Shown: positions 16,530 to 34,081 of the stretch, in pieces
How the letters are laid out: each line of letters opens with the position of its first letter
Position numbering within the stretch: position 1 is the stretch's first letter
Origin: the human T2T-CHM13v2.0 reference genome, Homo sapiens
DNA length: 64,000 nucleotides
Strand: one strand, 5' to 3'
Assembly (NCBI RefSeq): GCF_009914755.1
Contig: NC_060936.1
Notes under the pieces: model-generated
Told to the model about the DNA's origin: nothing
The model's database searches: none
Seen by the model: the letters and a program-made list of their open reading frames with translations, nothing else
Translations under genes and position numbers: made by a program

Positions 16530-17480
16530 TATGAGATGTAAAGTCCATGGGGCACTAGATCTGCCTTTGGTCACAGTCATATCCCAGCAATCAGTAGTGC
16601 CGGACACCTGGTAGGTGTTGGGTGAATGTATGTGGAAGGAAGGAAGGAGGGTGTCAGGCAGACATGCCGGCAGACTCTGCTCTCCGGTGCCTTCCCATTC
16701 TTTCATGCATTCATTCAACAAATATTCATTGGGTGCCAACACTGTGCCGCTGTCCTGGAGGCTTCGGCTGTGGCAGTGAACAAAACAGGCCAAGTCTCTG
16801 CCCTTGTGAAGCTCACATGCTTGTTGTGGGAGACAGACAGGAACCACATAAACAGGGCAATAGATAACATGTGAGACAGTGACAAGTGCTATGGAGAAAA
16901 ACACATGGGGGTGGGGGTGGCCTGCCAGTTTCTATGAGGTGTCCTGGGAGTGCCTCGCTAGTAAGGGGACATTTGAGCGGAGACCTCCCTCAGAACCAAC
17001 TTCATCCTCCCTCCCATGGCCTCTCAGGTCCACTGGGATCTGCCCTGGCCTGGGTCTGACCTCTCTCCCTCCCGGTCTCTGCTTCACCACTTTGCTCCAG
17101 GCACACTGGCCTTCTTGCTGTTCCTCAAACCTGCCAAGCTCGTCCCTACCTCAGAACCTTTTCGCTTTCCGTTCCTTCTGCCCGGAAACCTCTTCCTCCA
17201 GATCTTCGCGTGGCTCGCGTCCTCACCTCATTCAGGTCTCTGCTCCAATGTCCGCTCCTCAGGGAGGCGCCCCCCGAGCCACCCTGCCCTCAGTAATACG
17301 CCACCCTACACACCACTCCACCCCCTGTATATTGCAACATGGCATTATTCTGTATTTATTTGTTTGTTCTGTCTCTAACATATAAGTGCCACAAAGACAA
17401 GAACTTTGTCTTATTTACCACTATGTCCCCAACATTCATGACAGTTGTGCTTAATACATATTATTTAAATGAATGAATGC
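16530..17480. mobile_element. Cluster of L2 3' fragments in alternating orientation
   Basis: L2 tails GAATGAATG (17471) and CATTCATTCAACAAATATT (16708). Confidence 0.7.
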
Positions 17481-17634
17481 TCATTTTGAGAGTAATGATT
17501 ATGACATTTTCTTTTCTAAGCTACTCGTTTTGGGTAGCATGGTGGGGTTGTCTCCTCTCTGTAATTCCAGTTAAACAAAACAAATAGGACTGGTTGTGAA
17601 GGGAGTCCTGATGTGTTTGATCTGTCTCTCTTAG

Positions 17635-17749
17635 AATTGCTGTGTTTTCTGTGTCTGTATTTTATGATGAGCGCATTGTGGTGGTTGCGGAACAAAGACC
17701 TGATGCTTCTGAGGAAGATAGTTTCCAGTGGATGAGCCGCGTGCTGCAG
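17635..17749 (+). CDS. DIP2B: DIP2B exon (~22), RIAVFSVSVFYDERIVVVAEQRPDASEEDSFQWMSRVLQ
   Basis: cttag|A..CAG|gtgagc; 115 nt. Confidence 0.96.
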
Positions 17750-18537
17750 GTGAGCACACTTTGGGGTCTGTGTCAGGTCAGCGGTGGCAGCAACCACTGC
17801 CTAAGCATTTCATTTTCTTCGATCAGCCAGTAATGCCACCTTACTTCTTGCCAATCATTGCTCACATACTCTGGGTACTACTAGCAAAATCAGATAATTA
17901 ATACCATTTCTCCTTGTGGACCACATGGTATTTTTCTGCTCAGGTTGCCAAAAATAATGGAATTGACTTGCCTCAGCAAATTCTTTCATGCCTGAGTGTT
18001 TACTACTTGTGAAAGTTTTAACTGTCATATGTGGAACACATCTCTGGCAGTAATCAATCCACTTGTCAACAGTCAGTCACAGTTTTACTGTGTGTCATAA
18101 GTGGTGCCGATGGTGTGAGGGATCCAAGAAAATACAGCTATTAGCTTTACTCTGAAGGAGCTTTCCTATGGGGCTAGAGATGCTAGGTGAGATAAACCAT
18201 GAGGGAAGGAGAATGCTTTGGGCACAGTCTAAGCAATATGTCTGTGGTGGGGAGCAGGCTAGAGTGATGACAAGAGCCTAGTCTTCACTTAGAATCATAG
18301 ACTTGGAATCCCAGCTCCACTTCTTACCAGATATGTGCCCTTGGGCAAGTCATTTAACCTCACTGAGTTTATTTCCTAACCTGCAAAGTAGGATAAAATT
18401 ATCTGTTTTATAGAGCTGTTGGAAGGATTAAATGAGGTAATTAATTGAAGTATATAGTACCTGCACTCAGTAAATAATGATGGTGATTGTTATTATCCAT
18501 CTTTACCAAAAGTTTTTTTCTAAATTATCCAGGCATA

Positions 18538-19924
<1,387 letters not shown>

Positions 19925-20732
19925 TAATATTTCTTTCTATCCTCAGGGTCTGTAATTCTGAATTATCAGCTGATACTGTGTAGGCTATTTGTAGTAGAAA
20001 ATCAGAAAAGAAAATATATTGAAGATAGACTAGTCAGGAAAGACTATGAAGAAGGTAGAACGGGGCAGATCTCTGAAAGATGGCTAAGGGGCAGACGTGC
20101 AAAGAGAATATTTTTCATACCAATCATATTTTCAGTCAGAAACCTTATTTTGTTCAGAATGAACTTTGGGGCATGTAATGGTAGAAGCTTTGGTGAATTA
20201 CGTATTTTCTTCTATTATAGAAAAGTGAGTATACCTGACATCTCCCAAGATATTTGCTACTTTTCCCTGGAAAGCAACTATAGGAATTAAATACAGTGCC
20301 AATTTACTAATCCAAACTCTTGTGAAAGTCACTTGGGTTCCAATTTGGGCATGAGATAACAGGCCATTCTTTTCGCAGTCTTTGTAACTTACCAGCTCGG
20401 AGCATTCGAGTCCATAGCAGAACAGTAAATGACGCCATGTATTCTAATAGATTAAAGGCCAGAGGTTGTTGAATTCCAGGTCCGTGTATAACATAAACTA
20501 AATACCTAACTCAGCACTTTCTAAGGAAAGGCAGTTAGTAGATGACTTATCAGATGCGTTTTTAATGAGGAATTCAGGCTACATGTAGCACATTTGCTAA
20601 CTTTCTGTGTATTCTAAAAAAAACACAGAAACTTAGGAACTCTGCCAGACTTTCCATTTCCCAGTCATCTGTATTGGTTGGTAGGATAGTCTGAGGATTG
20701 TGATTTTCAAGTTTATTCTTTTGCCCTTTTAA

Positions 20733-23300
<2,568 letters not shown>

Positions 23301-23586
23301 AACTTAAAAAGAGAACATACTGAGTTGCAAGTCAATATCCACCTTTGTCCATTTAGATTGTATCTTACCTCTCTTCTTTTAATCTCTGCCACAGCTGAAA
23401 GATGTGTATTATCTTAATGATTATCTTTAAATCTCTAGATATATGGAATCTTAGTGATCTGCCAGATTCTAGATCTAGAATGGGTAGAGTAAGAAAAATT
23501 GTAGCGTAAAATAATGGATTATACCAGGAATATGTCAAATGTAATAGAAGTGATCTCACTGAGTATTTTTGTTTGTATTTTTCTAG

Positions 23587-23788
23587 GCGATCGATAGCAT
23601 TCATCAAGTGGGGGTTTATTGTCTTGCTCTGGTGCCAGCCAATACATTGCCAAAAACTCCACTAGGAGGAATCCATATATCTCAGACGAAACAACTCTTT
23701 CTGGAGGGATCACTGCATCCTTGCAACATCCTCATGTGCCCCCATACATGTGTGACAAACTTGCCAAAGCCCCGGCAAAAACAACCAG
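23587..23788 (+). CDS. DIP2B: DIP2B exon (~23), AIDSIHQVGVYCLALVPANTLPKTPLGGI...KPRQKQP
   Basis: ttctag|GCG..CCAG|gtaata; 202 nt. Confidence 0.96.
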
Positions 23789-24229
23789 GTAATATGCTGG
23801 CTTCCAAGACCTGGCACTAAAATTCCAACTTCAAGAAGCTGGGTTCTCTCAGTGTGATTCTTTCTCTACAATTAGTTTACAAAGACTTTGGGAGGCCAAG
23901 GTGGGAGGGTCGTGTGAGCCCAGGAGCTCGAAAACAGCCTGGGCAACATGGTAAAATCCTGTCTCTACAAAAAAAAATGGAAAAAATTAGCCAGGCCCGG
24001 TGGTGCACACCTGTAGTCTCAGCTACTTCAGAGGCTGACAGAGGATGGCTTGAGCCTGGGAGGTTGCAGTAAACCGAGATTGCGCCATTGCACTCTAATC
24101 TGGGCGACAGAACCAGACCCTGTCTCAACAAAAAAGAAAGGGAAGATGGAAAAGGTGTGTTAAGGCAGCCCGGAGGCAAACATATCCTTGAGATGCTTTT
24201 GGAGCTATTGTAGAAAGAAAGAATGTGTT

Positions 24230-25030
24230 TGTTAGGACTAGTCTTGGCTGCAGGTTGCAGAAAAACATAAATTGCAGCTCAGGCAAGAAACAAGCATATT
24301 TTTGTCAGGTAAAAAAAGTTCAGAGCTAGGTAGTCCAAAGGCTAGGATAGTCACTCCTCAATCATGTTCTTCTAGCTTCCCATCTTTTTGCTCTGGTGTT
24401 TTGTCTGTCACCTCTTGTCATAGATACGCTACAGAACAAATAACCCTAAAACTCAGTGCCTTGAAGTAGCAAGCATTTACTTTTTACTCATGGAATGTGG
24501 ATCTGCTTGGCTTGGCTGGGATCCACTGGACTTGACTTGGCTCCAGGCTTAGGTTGGGTTCAGAGCTGTTCCATGTGTCTCCTCATCATGGGACCAGCAG
24601 CTACCTGGGCCGTATTTTTTTCAAGGCAGATGGCAGAAGCAACAAAGCAAGCCAAGCCACATGAGCATATTTAAAGCTTCTGTTTGTGTCACATGTCCTA
24701 ACATTTCATTGTCCTAAACAAGTGAGACCATGAAGTATACTTATCCCATCCAGCCATAACTAAGACAAGAAAGAAAGGAAGGATTGTGGGAAAATAAAAT
24801 AATCGGCCACAGCCATCATTAGCAACTGCCCCAGGGCTCATTAGGCTCCCCAACCTCTACATCCCAGCCAGCAGGTAGGAGGAAAAGGTAAAGAAAGGAT
24901 ACTCTTCCCTTTAACATATTTTCTAGAAATTGCACATATTACTTCCTCTTACTTATTATCCTCCCACACTAAAGAATATAGTCTTTATTCCAGGCATGTG
25001 TCCAGCTAAAAACTGGGGGTTCTGTTATTA
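24230..25030 (-). mobile_element. Nested old MaLR (MLT1H/I/J/K-like) LTR fragments
   Basis: TTGGCTGCAGGTTGCAGAAAA and ACAAATAACCCTAAAACTCAGTG starts. Confidence 0.55.
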
Positions 25031-25584
25031 AGGAAGAAGAATAGGATACTGGAATTGATAACTAGCAGTTTTTGCCATAAGACGTTTACAGAATTTTATT
25101 GGAAAATCAGAAGGCATATTTACAGGTACAGCAGTGTCTGCAATTAGCTTCCTGGAGTTACTGCTTTCAGTATCTTTCATTCTCTGTGACCCACAGACCC
25201 ATAGACTCACGAAATGCACACAGAAGAACATCCAGGAACTGCTGCTGAATTAGTTTTATTGTTTTAAACTACTGCAAAATTCACTTTTTAAAATATGCCT
25301 TTATTAATTTTATAATGTAAATCCCAGAATGCACAGTTTACATAAATACACTCTGAGTCCCTGCCTGTATTAAAAGGCTGTCTCCAACATGATATATCTA
25401 TAATTTGTCATGAAGTTTCTTAGGGAGGAATATTGCATATTTACTTAAAATTGTAGTAGACACTTTGTAGACTAAAACTGTTCACCAATTGGAATACTTT
25501 ATCTTTTTTGAGTTTTCTGTTTTATTTTTAAATTTTTTAAACTTTACATTTTGAAATAATTTCACACAAAAAAGTTGCCACATG

Positions 25585-25719
25585 TCGGGAGGCTGAGGCA
25601 GGAGAATGGCGTGAACCCGGGAGGCAGGAGAATGGCGTGAACCTGGGAGGCGGAGCTTGCAGTGAGCCAAGATTGTGCCACTGCACTCCAGCCTGGGCGA
25701 CTGAGCGAGACTCTGTCTC

Positions 25720-25751
<32 letters not shown>
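25585..25751 (+). mobile_element. 5'-truncated AluY inserted in an old L1
   Basis: TSD aaaagttgccacatg at 25570-25584 and 25748-25762; (CAAAA)n tail. Confidence 0.92.
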
Positions 25752-26150
25752 GTTGCCACATGGTACAAAGATTTTCCTTACACCCTTTACCCAGCTTCCC
25801 CAAATATTTACCCTTTGAAAATTGATTATATGATTTAAGTGATTTTGTCTCATCTGTTTCAGTATATTCAGGATCAACAGATTTTGATAGAATAAAAGAT
25901 TTTTAATATTAATCCAGTATAGCATCAGCCTATTTAAAACCTAGCTGGCAATAAGCTTTGTTTTATCATCTTTTTGCCATCTTCTTAGTTCCGTGAGGCG
26001 GATGACCATGAAGAGAGCAACCTAGCACTTTTTTCTAGAGAGGGAGTGGGCTCCCCCGTTTATTTTGAAGTGTCGAACCTATGGAAAAGTTAGACGAATA
26101 GTATAGTGAGGAACACCCATGTAGCCTATCCTAGATTTACCAATTGTTGC

Positions 26151-27392
<1,242 letters not shown>

Positions 27393-27903
27393 ATTATTCA
27401 CTTTTAATTGAACAAATTTAATATTCTAGATAAACTCCCTCAGGCCTTGTAGATGACAAATTTCTTTCCAGGCCAGATATTCTTTATTGTTAAGCCCTCT
27501 TTTAGGGTTCTATTATGATTGGAGAAGATTAAAATATTAGTAGGAACCTGTGCAACCAGCTATCACCTCCTCAGAGTGAAAAATTCCTGTATAACCCAAA
27601 CTAGAATAGCTGCCTCCTTCCCTCCACCCCAATCCCTGTCCCTCCTGTTTTCTTGTTTGTTTGGTTTTTTTCCAGTACTTTGCACTATTTATGTTTATTT
27701 ATTTGTGTATGTATTTCTTGGTTACCCTTCTTCAGAATGCAGGCTCTTTGCCCTATTTGCTCCTGGGTTCCCAGTGCCTAGAAGAGTGTTCAGGCAGTAT
27801 TGTTGGATGAATATTTGAACCAGTTTTGGTCAGTCTGGAAATGCTCTGGATACTTAGTTGGAATCGCCATCTCCAGTGAGTTGGGTTTTGCATTTATTTA
27901 CAG

Positions 27904-28013
27904 GTGTAGGCCCTGCTTCCGTGATGGTTGGGAATCTGGTTGCTGGAAAACGTATAGCACAAGCTGCTGGAAGGGATCTGGGACAAATAGAAGAGAATGA
28001 TTTGGTGAGGAAG
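27904..28013 (+). CDS. DIP2B: DIP2B exon (~24), GVGPASVMVGNLVAGKRIAQAAGRDLGQIEENDLVRK
   Basis: ttacag|GT..AAG|gtaagt; 110 nt. Confidence 0.95.
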
Positions 28014-28149
28014 GTAAGTGTTCCTGAAGTGTTACCTTCTTACAGTCAAGTCAAGGACAGAACTTACTGCAGGTAGCAGCTGGGGGATGCATTATATGAC
28101 TTGTTATAAGTTGCTGACCCTGAGTCCTTTTTCTGGTTTATGACTTCAG

Positions 28150-28230
28150 CACCAGTTTCTGGCAGAGATCCTACAGTGGCGAGCCCAGGCGACTCCTGAC
28201 CATGTACTCTTCATGCTGTTAAATGCCAAG
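28150..28230 (+). CDS. DIP2B: DIP2B exon (~25), HQFLAEILQWRAQATPDHVLFMLLNAK
   Basis: cttcag|CAC..AAG|gtatta; 81 nt; start of second adenylate-forming domain. Confidence 0.95.
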
Positions 28231-28753
28231 GTATTAAAAATTCAATGGTATATCTAATCAGCTGACTACTATAGGACCATCTTAGGCACTCTTGATCTCT
28301 TTCTTTCATCAGAAAATTTCTGTTGCCATCTCTGAAGAAGGAGTTAATGGCTTTCTCCTTGCTTTGGCATATGAGGGTAAACTGTGCAATCACTTTAAGA
28401 TTGGACTGAGACCTCCTGGAGTGCTATGTAATACTTTCTTTTCTTATGGTACAATCACGTCTTCTTTATTCAGTTCTGATAGGAGAAATGGAGCCAACAA
28501 TGCAATTACATAGATACACAGATGTTCACAATGTGTTATGTCATACAGTTTTTTTACCCAGTGGGACTTTTAATTATTTGATTTCTGCCAGGAAGAAAAT
28601 GACCTTAGACCAGCATTTTAAAAACCCTAAGTTATTTCTGGTACATAGTTAAATGATTTATTGCTAACAGATAAAAAGCAAATTGAAAATTACTCAAAGA
28701 GCACATTTAACTACTGGTTTCTGATGGATGGTTCGTTATAATACTGTATTTTA

Positions 28754-29422
<669 letters not shown>

Positions 29423-30467
29423 TATATATTGTATTTTAAAGTTATGCATTCTGTGGGAGTCAGCTGAATTTTTGTGTTGATGTCTGAGTCACAGGCTCAA
29501 AGTCTGTGACCATGTGGATAGTAGTATTTCTCCCCAGCAGGGGAAGACTGGAAGTGCCTATTGGATCTCTTAGGGGACTTATCCAAAGTATACCCATCTC
29601 CTCCATCCCCCTGGAATCTGATTTTTTTTTTTTTTGAGAATTTATGCAATAATAGAACTTAATGAGAGGAATATGTTGTGCATCTTATTGAAAAGTCGTT
29701 AAAAATCTTAAGAACCATTACTTTTATGACAGAAAATTTGGGGACTTTCTTGTTCCACCTCTGCATGAAGTGAGCTTCTTTTCAAGCCCACAGATTCATT
29801 AGGGTTCTCATATTTCATTTAAAAATGTCAGCCAGGCAAGGTGGCTCATGCCTATAATCCCAGCTTCTTGAAAGGATGAGGAAGGAGGATGGCTTGAACC
29901 CAGGAGTTTGAGGCTGCAAGCTGCAGTGAGCTGTGATTACATCACTGCACTGCAGCTTGGGCAACAGCAAGACCATGTCAGAACAAAAAAAGAAAGAAAA
30001 AGCGTCCCATACATGTCTTTTTGTTTGATTTTATTTTATTATTATTTTTTCTTTTTTGAGACAGAATCTCGCTCTGTCGCCCAGGCATTGGCTCAAGTGA
30101 TCCTTCCACTTCTGCCCCTTGAGTAGCTGGGACTACAGGCATGTGCCACCACCACACCTGACTGATTTCTTTTTTGTATTTTTAGTGGAGAGGAGATCTT
30201 GCTGTGTTGCCCAGGCTTGTCTTGAACTCCTGGGCTCAAGCAGTGCTCCCACCTCATCCTCCCAAAGTGCTAGCGTTACAGGTTTGAGCCACCCTGTCCA
30301 GCCCCACACGTCTTTGATGCTAAGGGAATTTTCACTAGAATTGATAACTTGCTAAGGATAATCTACAAAAGCACAAGCCTTTCAGGTATGATGTTGAATT
30401 GGCTGTGCTTATTACTGTTTATTTCCTTTCTGAGCTTTGACCCGCTTATCCTTTCTGTTGTTTAAAG

Positions 30468-30591
30468 GGAACCACTGTATGCACAGCCAGCTGCCTTCAG
30501 CTTCATAAGCGAGCAGAGAGGATTGCATCTGTTCTTGGTGATAAGGGACATCTAAATGCAGGAGATAATGTGGTGTTGCTCTATCCACCTG
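30468..30591 (+). CDS. DIP2B: DIP2B exon (~26), GTTVCTASCLQLHKRAERIASVLGDKGHLNAGDNVVLLYPP
   Basis: ttaaag|GGA..CCTG|gtaagc; 124 nt. Confidence 0.95.
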
Positions 30592-31003
30592 GTAAGCATT
30601 GGATTGGCAGACTAGAGTTTAAGCTCCAATACTAGACTGACTACAAATTATAAAAGGATAGGCACTCAGAGCTACTCTCTATGACTTGCAAGCAGTGTAC
30701 TTCCCAACACTTAGAAGACCATGCACACAGGCCAAAGTGGGAACCAATCCTCACCCCCCAAGTTGTGCAGTACAGTGGCTCTCCTGGGACCATGTCTGTT
30801 TTTGTACCTTTAGATTTCTATTAGTGCCTGGCACATAAAAGGCACTCAGTAAATAATGAATGAATGAAGTCTTCAGCTACTTGGCTTTTGGAAACCCTCA
30901 AAACAGATGCTTTGTTTCTATGAATGTTCAGGAATGGGGCAATTTCACCCAGTCCCCAAAGAAATGTTGTGCGTGAATTCTGTGAACATTTTTTGTATTA
31001 TGA

Positions 31004-31174
31004 TTGATGTTACTCAGGAGGAATAACTGCAGAAACCAGGAACGGTTAACTAGGAAAATAAAAGAATGGAGAAAGGAGAGGTGAGGAAGCCCTGAGCTTT
31101 TTAAAAATATTTAGAAAGCTGATGTATAAAAAGCCATCAGACTTCTTAGATGTTGTTGAAGGGGTGTGAGTTTT
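31004..31174 (+). repeat. Inverted repeat, arm 1 (171 bp)
   Basis: Reverse complement of 31956-32126 with 9 substitutions and no gaps (aligned by hand). Confidence 0.95.
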
Positions 31175-31781
31175 GAAGGGGTGTGAGTTTTCATATTACG
31201 ATTTAGTCTTCTTCTGTTGTTGCTACTTTCATGTTCTGATTTAATTCAACAACCTCATCTTCATAGTAAGAGGGGTTCAGAATTATTTGGTGACAATTTG
31301 GTGTAAAGATTCAAAATTCTGGGTGAAATATTGGAGTTTTCCCTTCATTATTTCTGTCACCTAATCCACTCATACATCCAGCTTTCTTTGGCCTGTTATC
31401 CCCCCACACTTCATATTGTTCTGTGATTTTTTTTTGTTTGTTTGTTTGTTTATTTTATTTTATTTTATTTTATTTTATTTTATTTTATTTTATTTTTGAG
31501 ACGGAGCCTTGCTCTGCCACCCACTGCAACCTCCGCCTCCCTGGTTCCAGTGATTCTCCTGCCTCAGCCTCCTGGGTAGCTGGGATCACAGGCACACGCC
31601 ACCACGCCCAGCTAATTTTTGTATTTTTAGTAGAGATGGGGTTTCACCATGTTGGCCAGGCTCGTCTCAAACTCCTGACCTCAGGTGATCCACCTGCCCC
31701 AACCTTCCAAAGTGCTGGGATTACAGGTGTGTGCCACCATGCCTGGCTCATTATGTGATTCTCATGTGCTGCCTTATTTAC

Positions 31782-32110
31782 CTAGATACTGAGATTTCGT
31801 AGAAGATCATGTGATAAAGCAGTCCCCACCATTACATGCCCAGGAGATGGCCTTGCACCTGTCAGTCGGTGAGAGGCCACGGGGAAGGACCTGAGCTCTT
31901 CCTGACGAGGCCTCTGCCCAGAGTCTTCCTCAGACTGAGTCACACTTTGCTCCCTAAAACTCATACCCCTTCAACAACATCTAAGAAGTCTGATGGCTCT
32001 TTTTAGAGCAGCCTTCTAAATATTTTTAAGAAGCTCAGGGCTTCCTCACCTCTCCTTTCTCCATTCTTTTATTTTCCTAGTTAACCATTCCTGGTTTCTG
32101 CAGTTATTCC
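31782..32110 (-). mobile_element. Ancient L3/CR1 LINE 3' fragment (contains most of arm 2)
   Basis: Minus strand resembles the L3 3' end as recalled (GAGAAAGGAGAGGTGAGG..AAATATTT..AGACTT..GAGGAAGAC); highly diverged. Confidence 0.55.
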
Positions 32111-32126
32111 TCCTGAGTAATATCAA
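31956..32126 (-). repeat. Inverted repeat, arm 2 (171 bp)
   Basis: Reverse complement of 31004-31174. Confidence 0.95.
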
Positions 32127-32396
32127 GCAATAATATCAATATACCTTCTTCAGAAATATTTCAGGAGTTTACTGCTGATTTCCTTCCTTTTTTGTTAATT
32201 GTTTTCTCTATATTTTCTAAAGTTTTATATGCTTCCTTCTTTCACTTTCAATATCTTCTGCTAGGGTCTTTGTTAAATTATGGTCTACAGAACCTGTCTG
32301 GCACATGATTTAATTGTTTTGGAAAATTTGCCTTTTAGTTTCTCAGTGCTCTTAGGCAGTTCAGTGACTCTCCTGACAGGGTCCTTTGTCTTGCAG

Positions 32397-32518
32397 GCAT
32401 TGAGTTAATCGCCGCCTTCTATGGCTGCCTGTATGCGGGCTGTATACCTGTGACCGTCAGACCTCCACATGCTCAGAACCTCACGGCCACGCTGCCCACT
32501 GTCCGAATGATTGTTGAT
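32397..32518 (+). CDS. DIP2B: DIP2B exon (~27), GIELIAAFYGCLYAGCIPVTVRPPHAQNLTATLPTVRMIVD
   Basis: ttgcag|GC..GAT|gtaagt; 122 nt; FAAL-like AFxGCLYAG motif. Confidence 0.96.
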
Positions 32519-33969
32519 GTAAGTACCAGCTGTATCTTGCCTTGTCCTCATCTCCTAAAATCCAGATTCAGACAACTAAGGATCCTTACTAATTTTCCAA
32601 TTTTGTTAAGTCAGGAATTCAAATTTGTCTTCTGGAGACTACCTCCTTTTTGTTAATCCAGCCAAAGCAGTCATCATTATTCAGTGAAGGAACTGGGGGA
32701 AAGTGGTTATTGGTGAGATACAGAATTGTGTGCAGTTATCATGAACATTAAAGAGGTGAAGCAGCCATTAGTATTTCTACAACAAAAACACAAAAGGTAG
32801 CCAGGCATTGTGGCACTTGCCTGTAGTTCCAGCGACTCAGGAGGCTGAGGTGGGAGGATCCCTTGAGTCTGGGAGGTGGAGGTTAGAAGTGAGCTGAGAT
32901 TATGCCACTGCACTCCAGCCTGAGCAGACCCTGTCGCCAAAAGAAAAAAAAAAAGTGTTTCCCCCTCCCTTCTGTCTAAAACGTGCTGTCTGATATTTTT
33001 CCTGAAAAATTATCTAGGCGATTTTAAATGCCAAACTGAATTATCCCCAGTGTCAAGTCACTTCTATTTTAGTTACTTTTGTGAATTTACTTGGTATAGC
33101 ATTAAAAGGTGTCCAGAACTTGCTCTGGAGATGATAGAAGTTTTTATAGGATATGAGAGTTAAAGAAAATAAGATAAGTGTGTATTGCATGAGATCCTAG
33201 TGTTTACAGCAAGGGGAAGCCTTGGCCAGTGCTGACAGATTACAAAATTCCAGTTCATGTAGCATTTGCTTCTCTGAGAACTGCTGCTCTGTCAGCAAAA
33301 ATGGAGCCCACAGTATAAAAGCCATGATCACCATAGATGATTTTATTACAAAGTGTAATTCAGCAAAATGCCCTTGTTATATTCTACAAAGTGGGCCAGA
33401 AAAGCAGGGAGGGGAGTTGCTGTTGATGCAGTTCGTGGGCAAAGTAGGTCATAGGTCACTTTGCATTTCTGTGTATAGCTGGGCAAGAGAACCTAGTTTC
33501 TGTGAGAGCTTATATCAGCATCAGGGTTCCTTAGGTTCAGTGTATGGGCTAGGTGTAGTAAGTCTCATCATTCACTAGAGACTGGGGCAGTCTCCTTCAA
33601 ACATGGTTATCCGATTCTTCTCATTTCCTGAGCACTACAAAACCCACATCTTTATTTAATTGTGGTCTTCATGAAATCTTGGGATTGTGGGATCTATACT
33701 GAGATTATAACTGAAATACTTTGAGAATCACTGTTATAAATGATACAGTGTATTGTGAACAGGTCCATCATTCTGAGAGAATTAAATGTCACACATTTCC
33801 AGAAGGAAACATGCAAGGGAGTAACACTGACCTCGTCTGTCTCACATGTGTTCTTTGAAACTGTCCTGTCCAGTGTGGTACATGAGTGGCTTTTAGCAGC
33901 AGCCAGGGCCTGTGGTGCCATGTTGGGGCTGAGCCTCCTGATGCTTATTGCTGTCCATTTGTTTTCTAG

Positions 33970-34081
33970 GTCAGCAAAGCAGCCTGTATTCTCACCAGTC
34001 AGACCCTAATGAGGCTACTGAGGTCCCGAGAGGCAGCAGCAGCTGTGGATGTGAAAACCTGGCCAACCATCATTGACACAG
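33970..34081 (+). CDS. DIP2B: DIP2B exon (~28), VSKAACILTSQTLMRLLRSREAAAAVDVKTWPTIIDT
   Basis: ttctag|GTC..ACAG|gtgaaa; 112 nt. Confidence 0.95.

Larger units (their letters stand above)
29830..31748. mobile_element. Partial or internally deleted Alus (29830-30000 +, 30030-30305 -, 31430-31748 -)
   Basis: Alu consensus with deletions; (TTTTA)n tail at ~31450-31497. Confidence 0.88.

Noticed and set aside
16530-16830. Tail-to-tail L2 ends (miR-28/miR-151-type origin)
   Set aside because: Arms are too diverged to form a continuous stem by inspection
16879-17385. Longest ORF, 168 aa
   Set aside because: Lies in GC-rich, pyrimidine-rich L2 sequence; low-complexity Ser/Pro product; non-ATG start
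20394-20415. tRNA T-loop-like ATTCGAGTCC
   Set aside because: No cloverleaf and no A-box
23466-23481. 16-bp palindrome ATTCTAGATCTAGAAT
   Set aside because: Isolated and short, with no supporting context
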